Origin: Geosiphon pyriformis uo1
Lineage: Eukaryota > Fungi > Glomeromycota
Direction: 5' to 3'
DNA length: 64,000 nt
Assembly (NCBI GenBank): GCA_016748015.1
Contig: JAAOMT010000240.1
Location: forward strand, 83,383-147,382
Shown here: piece after piece, positions 1-12,510 of the stretch
Layout: each line of letters begins with the position of its first letter
How positions within the stretch are numbered: position 1 is the first letter of the stretch
Made by a program: the position numbers and the translations under genes
Notes under the pieces: model-generated
Databases searched by the model: none
The model's input: only the letters and a program-made list of their open reading frames with translations
What the model was told of the DNA's origin: nothing

Positions 1-739
1 TCTCTCTTAAGCTAGGCTGGATTTGGTTTGGTGTGGAAAATGTGGGCATCTTGAACATTCAGCTTTAAAGTGTGATGCATCAGATATGTTGTCTTCTGAT
101 CTCTTAAATAATTTTAATAAAAGACGTGCTCCTGGTGTGAATTGTCTCCAGTTGGTCAAGTTATATGCAAAGAAAAATGTTCTTATATCCTGTTCTGCTG
201 CCTTTGGTGGCAAATTGTGGGCTCAGGTAGTCTCTCTTGCTTCCTTTTTTAGTGGCTCTCTTTCTGGTTTTGGTCTTGGTGCTGGTCCTTCTCACTGTAC
301 GACTTCGGATTTGGGTGGTGGTCTTTCTTTTTCTATACTTGCCAACTCTTCTTTGAATGCTTGCTTGGCATCTTTGGAATGCTCTCTCGAGTTGTTGGCT
401 GACCAAGTGTCTGATATTTCAAAGAAATTGAGTTTTGTTGAATTGGTGCCCATGGTTCCATCTTCTGGTGCCCTTCTTCTGGTTGGATCTGTGCTTTTGG
501 CCCCTGGTTTGGATTCTAATATGGCTCTGGATGGTGAATTGGCATCGTCTAATCACCATTTTCCAAGTATTGATATGAGTGGTGGCTTCAGTTCGAGTAG
601 TTCAAAGATTCTAACTACCAAGGTGGATGGTTTGAAGTCTAAGATGTCAGCTCTGAAGGCTTCAGTCAGTTCTGTTCTGGCAAGATTGGATCTCTTGTGT
701 GCTGGTTCGGGTTCCTCTTTACTGCCTTCACTTCAATGA
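1..739 (+). pseudogene. LINE ORF1 (gag-like, CCHC zinc knuckle), 3' part
   Basis: ORF 23..739 with zinc knuckle and coiled-coil-like segments. Its stop TGA (737-739) overlaps the ORF2 ATG. Confidence 0.8.
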
Positions 740-3700
740 GCAGTTTGGTCTGGAAATTTGCTATGTGTAATGTTCAGGACATGAACATTCCTGCGAAGCA
801 GGACAATATAGTTTGTTGGCATGTAAACTCAGGAAACATGGTTTCTTTTATCACTGAGACAAAATTGAGGTCTTCTTCTGGGCCATGGATAAAGGATAAG
901 TTTAATGGAGTGCAAATCTTTTCTTCAAGATTGAATAAAGATTTTATGGGTGCTGGAGTTGCGATTATTATGAACATTTCTTTGGCTCATCATGTATTTA
1001 AGGTGGAGGAGATTCCTGATTGGGTTGTTTCTGTTCGGCTCTTGTTTAAGGGCAAGCTTTTGGTTACTGTTTTGGGGTTGTATGCTGGTGCCTCTTCTGG
1101 GGCTAGGTTTGGTCAGGCTTCTGAAGTTAACTCTTTCATTGCAAAGACTGTTAACTCCAGCAATTTTGTTATCTTGGGTGGGGACTTTAATGAGAATAGA
1201 TTTGATAAAAGTGCTAGTTTCAAATTTTGTTTGAGTTTGGGTTTGGTCAATTTATTTATTGATCATTATTTGGCTAATTCTCATATGTGGAGCAATTAGA
1301 AAGGGGTTGGGAAAATGATTGATTACATTTTTGTTGGTGGTAATTTGTCTTCTGCTGTTGCTGGTCATCAAGTTGTCTCTGTTTCAGATTTCTTTAACAC
1401 CAATTACAGAACAGTTGTGGTTTCAGTCGGTTTGAATGGGCTTTTGAATGTACAGTTGAATAGTTTGCACAAGCAGGCAAATAAAGATCATTGGAAGTTT
1501 AAAATCAAGAATGCTGACTGTACAAGATGGGCTAAGTTTAAGGATCTTTCTTTGGTAAAACTCTTGCCTTTGGGTGAGGTGTTCTTTGGTGCTGAAATGC
1601 GTGGTAATGTGGATGCTATGTGGGCAGTTTTGGTGGAGGCTGTGGTAGATTCTGCTGATGTGACATTTTTGAGGCATTGGTTTAGTGAATTCAAGTGTTC
1701 AAGAAACAAACATTCTTCTAGGTTTTTTGGTCTGGAATTGTTGGTGGCCAAGATTGTCAAAAAATTTTGCTCAGGTAACTTGCTGGGTACTGATCATCTT
1801 GTGAATAAATAGTCGACTTTGGATAATGCGAAGGCTCGTGCTTTCAAGGACTTGGTTGGCTCGGGTATTAAATCTGATGTTGTTGTTAGGCATTTGTCAT
1901 TGGTTTGCAGAGATTATAAGAGGTCGAAGATGTTTGAGTCAAAATTGGCTGAGGAAGCTTCGGTTAGGAAGGCGATTGAGAAGCGCATGAATAATTTCTG
2001 TTTGGATAAAGGTAGTATGATCAGAAGTGTATTAGAAAAGCCTTTTCGCAAGGTAGTGTTGAATCACTTGATAGTTGATGATGATCTGGTTTTGTTGCCT
2101 AAAGAGGTGAAGTCGAGTGTGGATAAGATAATGGAAGGGTGGACGAGGAAACGCTCTGTGCAGTCAGAACTTCCTGATCTTTGGGCTTGTCAGTACATGC
2201 CTTTGGACCATGTTTAGAATGATGCCTTTTCAGATGTTATGGGTGCAATCAGTATGAGCAAATTACTTTCTGTTGTTGGTAGTCTGTCTAATGGCAAGGC
2301 TGCTGGTTTGTCTGGTGTTCCTAATGAGTTGTGGAAACATGATTGTGAGGTGGTTTTGGGGTGCCTGTTGGCACTGTTTAATAAGTGTTTGTCTGTTGAT
2401 ATAGTGCCTGTTTTGTGGAAGAGGGCTTGGGTGTCAATGATTCCTAAGTCTTACGACTGAGATGGAGTTCTTACAAACACTCAGCCCATTGTTTTGATTG
2501 AGACTGCCAGGAAGATTCTTTCCAAGGTTCTGTCTGATTGTATTTCAATGGCTTGTAGCAAGTTCAACATTCTTCGAGGTGACAATTTTTTGGTGCTGAA
2601 GGATACGTTCACACAATCTCCAGTGTTTGCTGTCAGTTCGGTGATTAAAAATGCCATTGAGAAGGATAGGAAGTTATGATTGGTCTTGCAAGATATGCGG
2701 AAAGCTTATGATTCAGTTGGGTAGCATCATTTGAGGGCTAGTTTGCAGCATGTCAAGATGTGTGAGAAGTTCATAAGGTTTTTTGGTGGTATTCATGAGA
2801 ATAGAGTTAATAGGGTAATGACTGACTTTGGTTTGTCTGGTGGTTATAAGGTGCATGATGGGCTGGATCAGGGTGAGGTCTTTTTGCCACTTCTATGGAG
2901 AATTTTTTATGATCCATTTTTGTGTGAGGTTAAGAGGCACGAACAATTGTGTGGGTACTGGATTGATACTAAGTTTGTTGCAAAGTCTGGCAGAATTGAG
3001 AGTGGTGGCGGTTTGACATCATATTTTTCAGCTGGTGCATTTTTTGATAATACGATCTGGATTGGGAATTGTCAAGCTTCTACTCAATATGCTCTGAATA
3101 TTGCCAGTGAATTTTTTGTGATCAATGATATTTCTATCAACAGTAAGAAGACGGTAGCTATTCCCATCAATCAGAGTGTTAAAGTTGCTTCACTGAGCAT
3201 TTGTGGTCAGCCAATTTCTCTTGCCAAAAAAGGGGAAACACATTGGTATCTAGGTATTTTTTTGTCAACCGAGAGGCTTTCTAAGCCAAGTGTTGCCAAG
3301 GCTCATGTGGATGTGTGTTTCTTTGTCAATGTTGTGCTTAGGAAAGCTATTACAGACAAACAGTTCTTCTATCTGGTGTTGGCTGTTTTGCAGCCTATTG
3401 TTAGCTATTGTATTCAGTTCAGTTTTGTCCCTTCTAATGTTTGTCACAAGTAGGATGTCTTGGTTAGAAAGGGTCTTAAGTCTAAGGCTTGTCTCTCCTG
3501 TGATTTTCTTGATGCTGTTTTGCATTATCCCTCATTGTATGGCCTGAAGCCTTTTGAGCAAGTGCAGTCAGAAAGGAAGGTTGCTGCTCTGATAATGTTT
3601 GCTAATGCCTTTGGTATTCTTGGGCATTTGTTTAGACATAGGTTTTTGGATCTGCAGGTTCTTGGTTGGGCTCCTTTGGATCTTTTACAGTTTCCGGTCA

Positions 3701-5401
3701 GGTTGCGTGTTAGTCCAGTAAACAATTTTTTGGCTGGGATGGTGAAAATTTTTTTGGGCAATGAGCTTTCTTTAGTGAACAACCTCCCCACTGCATTTCG
3801 TAGTCCTGGTCATTTTCTGTTGTCCTCTATTCTTGAAAAGTCTCTGTATTTTGACTCGGTCAAATCTCTTAGATGCTTTGGTGTCACTTTTGGTGATCAG
3901 CTTTTTGATAAGAAAGGTGTTTTGTTGGATTGGAAAACTTTTTGTTGTTGGAAGAGATTGGATCCGCGTGGTCCTGTGCCTCATTGGTTCTTGGTTTTTT
4001 CTGAGTTTTTGAAAAGTCAGAGTTGTTCATTTTCTGGTTCTATTGACTCTGCAGAAAAGATTGGTTTGGACATTTTAAAGTCTGAGGAATTTTCTGCGGT
4101 AATAGATGGATTGCATGACATTTGGTCAGGCTTTTTTGAAGTTTTTACAGATAGGGCTTTGAAGAATACAGGCTCTGCTGAGGTCATCTGTGGTGCTACT
4201 GCATACTTTCTGGTCTTGGATAAGAGCATTGGTGTCACTGTTAATGGCCGAATTGCAGGCTGTCACTTTGGCTTTGGAATGTGTTCCTTCTTCAAGTACT
4301 GTGGTGTTACATCTTGACAGCCAGGCTGCTATTGACGCATGTGTGTCTGAGATGTCTTTGGTCACCCCTGATTTCCATAATCAATGCTGGCTGAAGAGGC
4401 ATTATATTTTCAATTTGGTCAGGGATAAGGATCTTAATGTGAGTTGGGTTAAGATAAAAGGCCACTTTGGGATTCCTGGTAATGTGGAAGCTGACTTGGC
4501 TGCTGGAGCTGCCTCTGAATCTCCCTTTTCTCTTTGTGCCAATGTGCGTGAACATTTTTTGGTTGCTGAGGGTGTCACTGTTTCTGGTAATGCCTGTTAT
4601 TTTGTCAGGAATATTTTTCGGTCTGTTTGTTCTGCTTGTTGGGAGGCTGGGCCTGGTTGTGACATGGTTCCAGATGCGATGATTGGTTGCATAGACTGGG
4701 TTGTTATGACAAAAGTGTGACATTCTGATTCTCATATGCTCACTGGGTTCACTAGCCGGATATCCTCAATGCTTTGCACTTATATTATGAAGGCTGTGCA
4801 CAGAAGATTGCTGGTGGCAGTAAGGAAAAGGTTGTATGATAAGCACTACTTTAGTGTATTATGTTTGTTTTGCAGTAGGGTGGAGTTCTCTGACCACGCT
4901 TTTACTTGTGTTTATGAGTCTGGCGTTCGTGGCAAGATTTTGGCTAAGGCTTCTGCCCGTTGGTCAGCTTTGGCTGGTGGTTCCCCTGCTTCTGCCATGT
5001 TGCGAGTTTTGTCTCAATGTTCCATTGATGTTGAATTGTACACTCTGGTTTGCAAAGGGTTTGTGCTGGGGGAGTGGTATAAAGAAGCTTGCAGTATTTT
5101 TGAGGATAGAAAGGTGGCAGCTACTCAGATTGTTGATTATATCAGGTTCGTGGTTGAGTTATATCATGCTAAAGTGTGGTTGGCTAGGGCCAGCCACCGG
5201 GTGGTGATAGAGAAGACTGGTCTGGTTTGTGACAGTGGTGTTGTTTCTGGGCTCTCTTGTGGTGTGTTTTCAGTTTTGTCTGATGGTGTTATAAGATTGT
5301 TTAGTGTGGCCAATTTTTTTGCTGTTAGCTTTGGTCATTAAAAGTCTTATTGTTTCTTTTCTGGTCTAAGTGGCAGTGTACGAATTATTATTGGTGTGTA
5401 G
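736..5401 (+). pseudogene. LINE ORF2 (APE-RT-RNaseH-zf), inactivated
   Basis: One frame from ATG 736 to about 4243 with in-frame stops, one deletion frameshift in RNase H, original stop probably TAG 5399-5401. RT catalytic DD reads DN. Confidence 0.9.
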
Positions 5402-6456
5402 TGTTGCCTTGTCTGGCCTGAGTGGCTAGCCACATGTAGAAAGTGTGTGAGTTGTATTTAGTTTGAGCCTCTTAGTTTGGCTCTATGTACTAGATAGTGA
5501 TTGGGCTATACTCGTTAAATATGTTAAATAAAAAAAATAAAAAAATTTGAAAATTTTAATCTAATTTTATTTTTATTTTTATTTTTAATCCTATTTCTAT
5601 TTTTTTTTTTTTTAATATTAAAACTATTATATATTATTTATTATTTTTAGTAATAGAAATACTATTTTTTGATATTGTTAATAAAAACTTATACATAACT
5701 TTATATAAAAATTTTGTTTTAAAAAATAATATTAAAATTGTTAATTTTTTTTGTATATAATTTGATAATTAATTATAAAAATAAAATAAATAAATAATTT
5801 TAAGTTTAAAACTGAATTAAAAAAAAACAATAAATTAAATACAAATAACTTTATGTTTTTTATTATATATAATTTTTTATTGAAACTTATAAAAAATAAG
5901 TTTTATTTTTATTTTTATTTTTAATTTAATTAATAAATAAAAAATAAAAACTTATTCAATTTTATAAATTTGTTTACAATTTTTCAGACCAATTTTAAAA
6001 TTCAGAAATTTAACAATAATTTTTAATTAAAATCATTAGAAGAAAATTTACAAACATATTTTGGAGCAAATACATACATTTAGTAAAAAATGTTGTCATT
6101 AAAAATCCATTAAAAAAAAAGTTGCACTATTATTAGCCAAAATAAAACTTTTAAAATTATCTAGTTGTGAAAACAAAAAAATCTTTCGCGAAGCCTTAGA
6201 GAAATGTAAATAACTTTACACTGAGATGTCAGAGTAGTTAGAATGCTAATGCAAAGAAAGAATTATCCATTATGGCAAAGCAGTTTAGCATCAATTTTAC
6301 TTGACAAAATGATAATCCCAAATATTAAAAGAAAAGCCATTTGAACTTTGTTTTGGCTATATAAATATTTGATGTAAAGTTTTTCAACATTTATTTTTCT
6401 GCTTAAAATAGGTTGCCTGGATTACTTTATAACACCTTAATAGCTAAATTACAACA

Positions 6457-7951
6457 ATGTCTTTAGTTGCTGATTACGGTTCTGACTCCGAGTCCGAAAT
6501 CGAACAAGAGCCTTCAAGGATCGTTCGTTCAAGCCCAAAACCTTCTCCAAAGAATGAACCAAAGAACTTTAATGCAACTTCTAGCACGTTAAAAGGAAGT
6601 AAGAGATCTGATGGCCCTATAAAGATCTTTGTCGATTTACCGAAGACTCCTGAAGATGAACAGAGCCAAAGTGAAGAGGAAAGAGACTCGAAAAGGCCCA
6701 AAGTTGTTAGTAATACTAGTTTATTTTCACTTCTTCCATCTCCCAGAAAAACAGAAGCGTTTAACGAAAAGAAATTAAGTACTTCTGCCACAGTCGGTAC
6801 AAATACGACTACGACGAGTTTTGTCCCACATACAATTTCCAAAAATAAGAATGCTTCAAAATCAGCGGGTTTGACTAGTAAAAAGAAGGATAAAGATACT
6901 ATCAAAGATTTTATAGACATCAATAGCGAGCTTAATGAAGATATTTCATTCTTTCCTCTCGGTAAGAATTGCGTTAAACGTTTTTATGAACACGAATCAA
7001 AAGTTAATGAAATACTTCATATTCATTTTTGAGCAGGCAATGAGATTTCAAACATAATTAAGAAAAAGTACAATTCAAATATTTTAACTCTTCCTTCAAA
7101 TTCATTGATTCAAAACGATCGCGAGTTTAATAATAATGTAAATCTTGAACATAACGAAACTTCGACAATGAGTATGGGGGTGAGGTCTAGGACAATACAA
7201 AATCTTTATAATGAACATTCTTATGATGGTTATCAATGGGAGGAGGAGGGCAATCAGTCCAATGAGGTCCACGAAGGGCATTACCAAGCAGCATTAGCAA
7301 GTGGTGAGTATGCAAGTTCGGCAGATTCTTGGAAGCAACAATCTGAAATGGAATTGAATGATGAAATTGTAAGTGTTATTCCACTGATTCATTATGATGC
7401 CTTCGAATTTTTGAATCAAGATTCTTTAAAATACAAATTTCAAAATTCTCTCTAATCAAAAACGAAACAAGATTGCTAAACTGGGTGGCCGTCGTAAAAA
7501 AAAAGAACACGAGTCTGGTGCAATACAAATCAGAGAGATAAATGCTCGTGATCAGATGGGTGTTGACTCATGGCAATCGCAAATGACACAATTAACTAAG
7601 CCAGGAAAGGTATCGAGTTCAGCATATGCGGTAATGTGTCACACTATAATACGTGATATTTTTTTGTAACCATCACAGTTTCATTCATTCTAATCAACTT
7701 CGATATTTGAAATTTGTGATTTTTAGCATCTGAAACCATCAAAGGGTCAGAAACGTAAGCATAATTTGATGTATCTTGTTCATCAAGCCACTGCAATGGA
7801 AAGTGATCTTAGGGAACAGTTTGCCAACAATCGAAAGACGAAACGAGAAACGCAGGCCAAGTATGGTAAGTTGACCAAATGGTTTTATCTGGTTCTTGTT
7901 AACGTGTCCGTCTTATTAAGTGTCTTGTTCCTTTACAATCTAGGGTTTTGA
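6457..7951 (+). CDS. PRCC: PRCC-like protein (MAD2B-interacting/spliceosome-associated), 5 exons
   Basis: N-terminus MSLVADYGSDSESE, LFSLLPSP motif, and C-terminal KRKHNLMYLVHQA...NRKTKRETQAKYGF across GT-AG introns. Confidence 0.85.
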
Positions 7952-8527
7952 AAGTGAACAGAATCGAAGAATGTATATCGCAGATCTGGTATATCAAATA
8001 AAGCGATTGAAACAGAAATATGAAAAACCTTTTATTGTGAATCAAAATCGAGATTGGTCATCTCAACTTATGATTTCAGCTTCTCCATACTCTACAGCTA
8101 TGAAATTCACGGCTAGAACACTATTCTGCAGTGCCTAATTTAAAACGGTATAGAAATTTAAACGAGAAGATAAAGCATTTCACATTCTTTCTTAGTACTT
8201 TCAACCTCGTTCAGGGCCAAGTTGGTTGTTCGTGTAGCTGATACTACTCTGCTAATTACAATTGGACTTTTCAATGAGCTGTTCCATAATATATCACCAA
8301 TTTATGAAAGATCGTCTATATCCCACTATAGATATCAAGTGAATGAACGAGCCAAATTTGCTTAGAGGTTTGCTATTCTGGAGTTTTTATTTAACCAAAA
8401 AGTTGTCTCCTATTATTTTATATCGTGAATTGTTTCGAGTCAACTCAATAGAGCACAGACGCCGAATTAAACAAAAATGTGAATCACTTCATAAAATACG
8501 AATATAAAAATACGATATTTGCATATG

Positions 8528-10023
8528 CTATATAATCAGTTGAAGTTTGAAGACACCTGCGCTTTATCGGGAGCATGTTTGAAAAGAGAGACTTTCGACC
8601 GATTTTGTTTTGCTTGTTCAATTAACGAACTGAACTGATTTCGATATTTGAACTGTAAGCGGGAATCAAAAGATCTAGAATGTTAAGGAAATACTAAATT
8701 CAACATCTGAAAACGACACAATAAAAGGATATGATGCTCTAGAATTTCATCACGTGTGTTCAATATTTTGGCTGTTTCTCTTCGCATCCTATCGTTTCTG
8801 AGTACTTTTTCCCAATTTTTTAGATCACTTATCAATTCATGGGTGCTTTTTGGATTAGTGGCATCCACATTAGCGTTGTAGCGGTTTATAAATTCGCCAT
8901 GTCTTTTTGACATAATAGCTTTGTCACCATGTTCCGGGAGCCCTTCTTTCTTTATGGTTTTCAAAATCTTTTCAATGAGCAAGACTCACAAATGGGGATA
9001 AACTTTTGGGTAATGTCTTATTCTGGGTTATACAAATTACCCGTAATAAAGCCCTCAATGCACTTTCTTTCATCATTGAATATACAACTTTTGGTTTTTT
9101 CACCCTTTTAAATGTGTTAGAGCTGCTACTATACAAATATAAATGAAAACGACTCCCATAAACATGTTAAACATATATTTTAATTAATCACAAGAAACAC
9201 AAAGCAAAAACTTATTAGTTGGAAAAACAAATTTCCATAAGACATTACCTCAAGGACTTATATGTTGCGCCCCTATTGTAAAGTCGGTGGACTCGTGAGG
9301 GTGACCCGCCTGTCAAATCAATCGGGGAGGATACCCTTTGGCCAGGTAAAATATCTGTCAAAACCTGGTTGGATATACCTTGGGGTCTTTGACTATGTTG
9401 ATCTGACAATTGGGTGTTCAAAGGATTTTCGGATTCATTCGGAGCTTCCAGAGATGTCGATTTTAATATGGGAGGATGAGCGAAAATTGATGAATCAACT
9501 GTTTCATCATTAGAATCTTTTGAAAATTCTGAAGTGTTTCTCTTTTCCACTTTAATGACTTTCCCGACAAGACTTAGCAACTTGGGCCTGTTATACAGAA
9601 AATTGATATCGGTAATTATACATCATGTCTTTCCCAAAACAAAATCTAAAGACATGCCACCCGTTTTTTATTCAAAAAACCATAAATAGTTAAGAGTAAT
9701 ATATTGATTGGAATTGAGAACCTTAAGAGCTTGAATTGGGTTACGAAATCTTCTACCGCATTGTTCTTTCGCAGCTCATGATGCAGGCTCGTAACACGAC
9801 AAACTGGGCATATCTGCTGCTGAGTGAGACAGCGTTGCAAACAGAGCGAACAAAAGGTGTGGCAACACTTCGAGATAACTGGATTTTGGAAAAAATCTTT
9901 GCATACAGGACACCGTATTAAACGGTCAAGTTCTTCTCCCGCCGGTAATGGCCAGTCTGAGGGATCTGTAAACTCGTCGAACTTGACTACTTGGCTGGTG
10001 AGCTGCCGGTCTAAATTCGACAT
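8528..10023 (-). CDS. RAD18: RAD18 E3 ubiquitin ligase (RING + SAP), 5 exons; upstream in-frame ATGs exist up to 10131
   Basis: TDPSDW motif; C3HC4 RING (CPVCKDFF..CCHTFCSLC..CPVC); SAP box (YSMMKESALRALLR|KEGLPEHGDKAIMSKRH); RYNANVD motif; last exon reached through an AT-AC intron. Confidence 0.9.
8655..8732 (-). other. U12-type AT-AC intron in RAD18
   Basis: 5' end ATATCCTTTT, branch site TTCCTTAAC (8690-8682), 3' end TTAC. Removal restores EHQFKYRNQFSSLIEQAK. No suitable in-phase GT donor was seen. Confidence 0.88.
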
Positions 10024-10199
10024 TTGGCTCTTGTGGAAGAAGTTGTGCTGAAATGTCGCGCGTAATCCACTCATTTTATCCATTTCTGCGACGATTTTCA
10101 ATTGGTTCTCAGCCAGATTCTCAAATGACATCACGCGTCAGAAAAACTTTCTCTTAATTAACATCATCTAAAACGATAAATAAACACGTATGTCGCTGC

Positions 10200-10312
10200 T
10201 TGCTTGTCTCATTTTCAAGACTTTTTGTTGGTTCCATTGGGGCATGAACAACTATTTGCTTGTCTCATGTTCCAGACCGTTCGTTGTTAGAATATTGGGA
10301 GAAACACTATTC
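10200..10312. repeat. Imperfect tandem duplication, period about 56 bp, upstream of RAD18
   Basis: ttgcttgtctcattttcaagac...caactatt at 10200 versus ttgcttgtctcatgttccagac...acactatt at 10256. Confidence 0.6.
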
Positions 10313-11059
10313 TAATTGGAAGCGTGGGACAGCTTCATAAAAAAAAAAATGCCCAAATACAACAAAGCAGGCATTACATAATGCTTTGGGAGGTGAACTT
10401 GAACTTAAAAATCAGTATTTTTCACATACGAGTGAAAAATATTCATAAGTTAGGGTTTGGAATATTAATTTTTTAAAAAATGGGAGAAGCAAAATAAAAA
10501 AGTCCACAAGTCCTCAGTTCATCTCAATGATGGAGACTTTCTCAAATCTTCAGTAAGCATTATGGTGAAAAAAATATAGGTTGTGTTTCCTAAAATTATT
10601 GATTATATTTATATTACAGATTTTTTTTAATCAGGTGCGAGATGTTAGCACAAGAATCTCCCAACGAACAAATTCTGAACGAGATATAGATGTCTTCATT
10701 AAGACACATTTTTTCTTATGTCGATGGGTATTCTTGACAGACATTTGTAAGTTCTATTACTATTTCTAACTATGCTCTTATTAATTGCAATAATTCTACG
10801 ATTTTACATTATAGAAAAATAAGTGGAGGGAATGTCAAACCGGAGCAATCGATGCATCACGTCATGCGGAGAATTTTCATATAGATTGGTTATTTATGGT
10901 ATGTTAATTTTTCGTTGTTATTATAGAATTTTTGTGTGTTTATTCATGGATGTTTTTATGCTTTTAGAGACATGATTTGGCAAAACATTTTCTGAAAAGT
11001 AGAGAATTTTCGCTTTGTGAACGTGCAGGTTCAAAAATTAAAAATGATAAGAAAGTTCT

Positions 11060-11400
11060 TTCAAATACTTTAAAGGTAAAAGATTCTTAGAGACATGTAT
11101 CCATCACCATTTTGCCATTGGCAAACTTTTCTTTTTCTGCTCTTTCCATCATTTACCTAATCGAAGAACTGTTAAACATAAAATTTTCTGTGTTGATGTA
11201 AAGAAACAAAGTAGATTAGGTTGATGGAAAATTTCAATCAGAATCTGGAGAACCGATATCACCTACTTTGGTTTGCAACATAGTTCGAGCAACTTTAATA
11301 AGGCCTCCAATCTCATCATAAGTTGTCGGAATGTTAATGAATAAAATCCAGCTCCCACATAGACGACGAGAATAACCCGAACAAAAGACCATGAAGACAA
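11060..11400 (-). pseudogene. Fragment of an intron-containing host gene (C-terminal region), frameshifted
   Basis: Reads SFVRVILVVYVGAGFYS / INIPTTYDEIGGLIKVARTMLQTK, then a GTAGGT...ACAG intron-like segment. No start, and the frame is broken. Confidence 0.45.
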
Positions 11401-11439
11401 AAATCCAGGGATGAGAAGTTTATTACAGGCATGCAAAAC

Positions 11440-12080
11440 TAGTTTTCCAGGAAAAATACTGTACTACTACTCGTAGAACACACTGGATGACTGAACTAGG
11501 AAATTGGTGAATCAGTAGAAGAGTATGTTAATCCACAAATCGAGTTGTAAAGAAGAGTTGATACAACTCACCAATACCCAGAAGAAGACAGAATTCAAAG
11601 GATTGAAAGATGATATGGCTATTCAAGTAATTGGTTTCCAACCATATAGCTTAGACTGGCAATTGAAAAAGCCCAAGCTATCGAGACAGCGAGAGCATCA
11701 AGAGCTATAAATTCATACGCTATTGTCCAGCCAAGAGTAGCAACATTTGTTACTGAATTAGCCGAGTAACGTCAAATGAATCAAATGATGCTGAACAAGT
11801 TAGAAATTTGAGCACTGGACAACAACAACCACGAGTTCGTAATAACCAATCAAGAAATCAAAACCTTACAGCTAATAATGGTTATTACCAAGCGAATAAT
11901 TTCCAAGCCCCAGCTGCTCAACCAATGGCTAGAAATGTTAATAATATCAATTGCTATCGATGTGCTGAATTTGGTCATTATGCGAATGAATGTCCAAATC
12001 AAAAAAACAATGGATAAACAATTATCCCCAAGAAATAATCAATATCCAAACCCACCAGCTCAACCAGATTACCAAAGACC
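11440..12080 (+). mobile_element. Ty3/gypsy-like gag relic with CCHC zinc knuckle
   Basis: Frameshifted FQEKYC..W..EL / GESVEEY / KGLKDDMA..P.SL..AIEKAQAIE capsid-like motifs, followed by CYRCAEFGHYANECP. Confidence 0.7.
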
Positions 12081-12510
12081 CTCACAAAGCGAAAATTCTC
12101 TACCCCACAGCCAAATCATATCTCTAAAAGCATAAAAACACACCATCAAAGAAGCCTTTCTCAAGTTGACTTTGAGGCAGTACCAGATTTGAATCAGAAA
12201 ATGTATCTATGAATTTATTATTGTAAAATTGATAGAATTTGCTCTACAATTTGAACTTGGCGTGTAGACCAGTACATCAAAATATTTTACTGCGGAAGAA
12301 ATTGCCATTGTGTAATTTTTCTTTGTCGGAGACGTAGTTTTATCACTATCAGGTCATTCGAAAAATACTAGCGTGCAAAAAATTATGATGATAATTTCTT
12401 ACTGATTAAATAATCAATTGACAAGCCGCAATGAGACTACAGCTTTTTGTTATTAAGACCGAGAGAATTCAACTTTTTGCGAGAAATGATAATAACTTCC
12501 TTTTCTTGAA

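Larger units (their letters stand above)
1..5545 (+). mobile_element. Degenerate non-LTR retrotransposon (LINE) with RNase H; 5' end lies outside the window
   Basis: ORF1 tail has a CX2CX4HX4C knuckle (CGKCGHLEHSALKC). ORF2 fragments show APE endonuclease (FITETKL, ILGGDFN, IDYIFV), RT (GKAAGLSGVPNELWK, QDMRKAYDSV, GLDQGEV, AFFDNTIW), RNase H (VFTD, AELQAV, DSQAAI, VKIKGH..GNVEAD) and a C-terminal CLFC..H..C motif. A-rich tail at about 5527-5545. Confidence 0.95.
10951..12140. mobile_element. Inverted-repeat-bounded cassette (possible non-autonomous TIR element carrying captured fragments)
   Basis: 10999-11020 is the exact reverse complement of 12082-12103. 10951-10981 matches 12110-12140 in reverse complement with one mismatch. 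No target-site duplication recognised. Confidence 0.55.

Noticed and set aside
10200-10312. Spaced direct repeats resembling a CRISPR array
   Set aside because: There are only two copies, the sequence between them is also similar, the context is eukaryotic and no cas genes are present.
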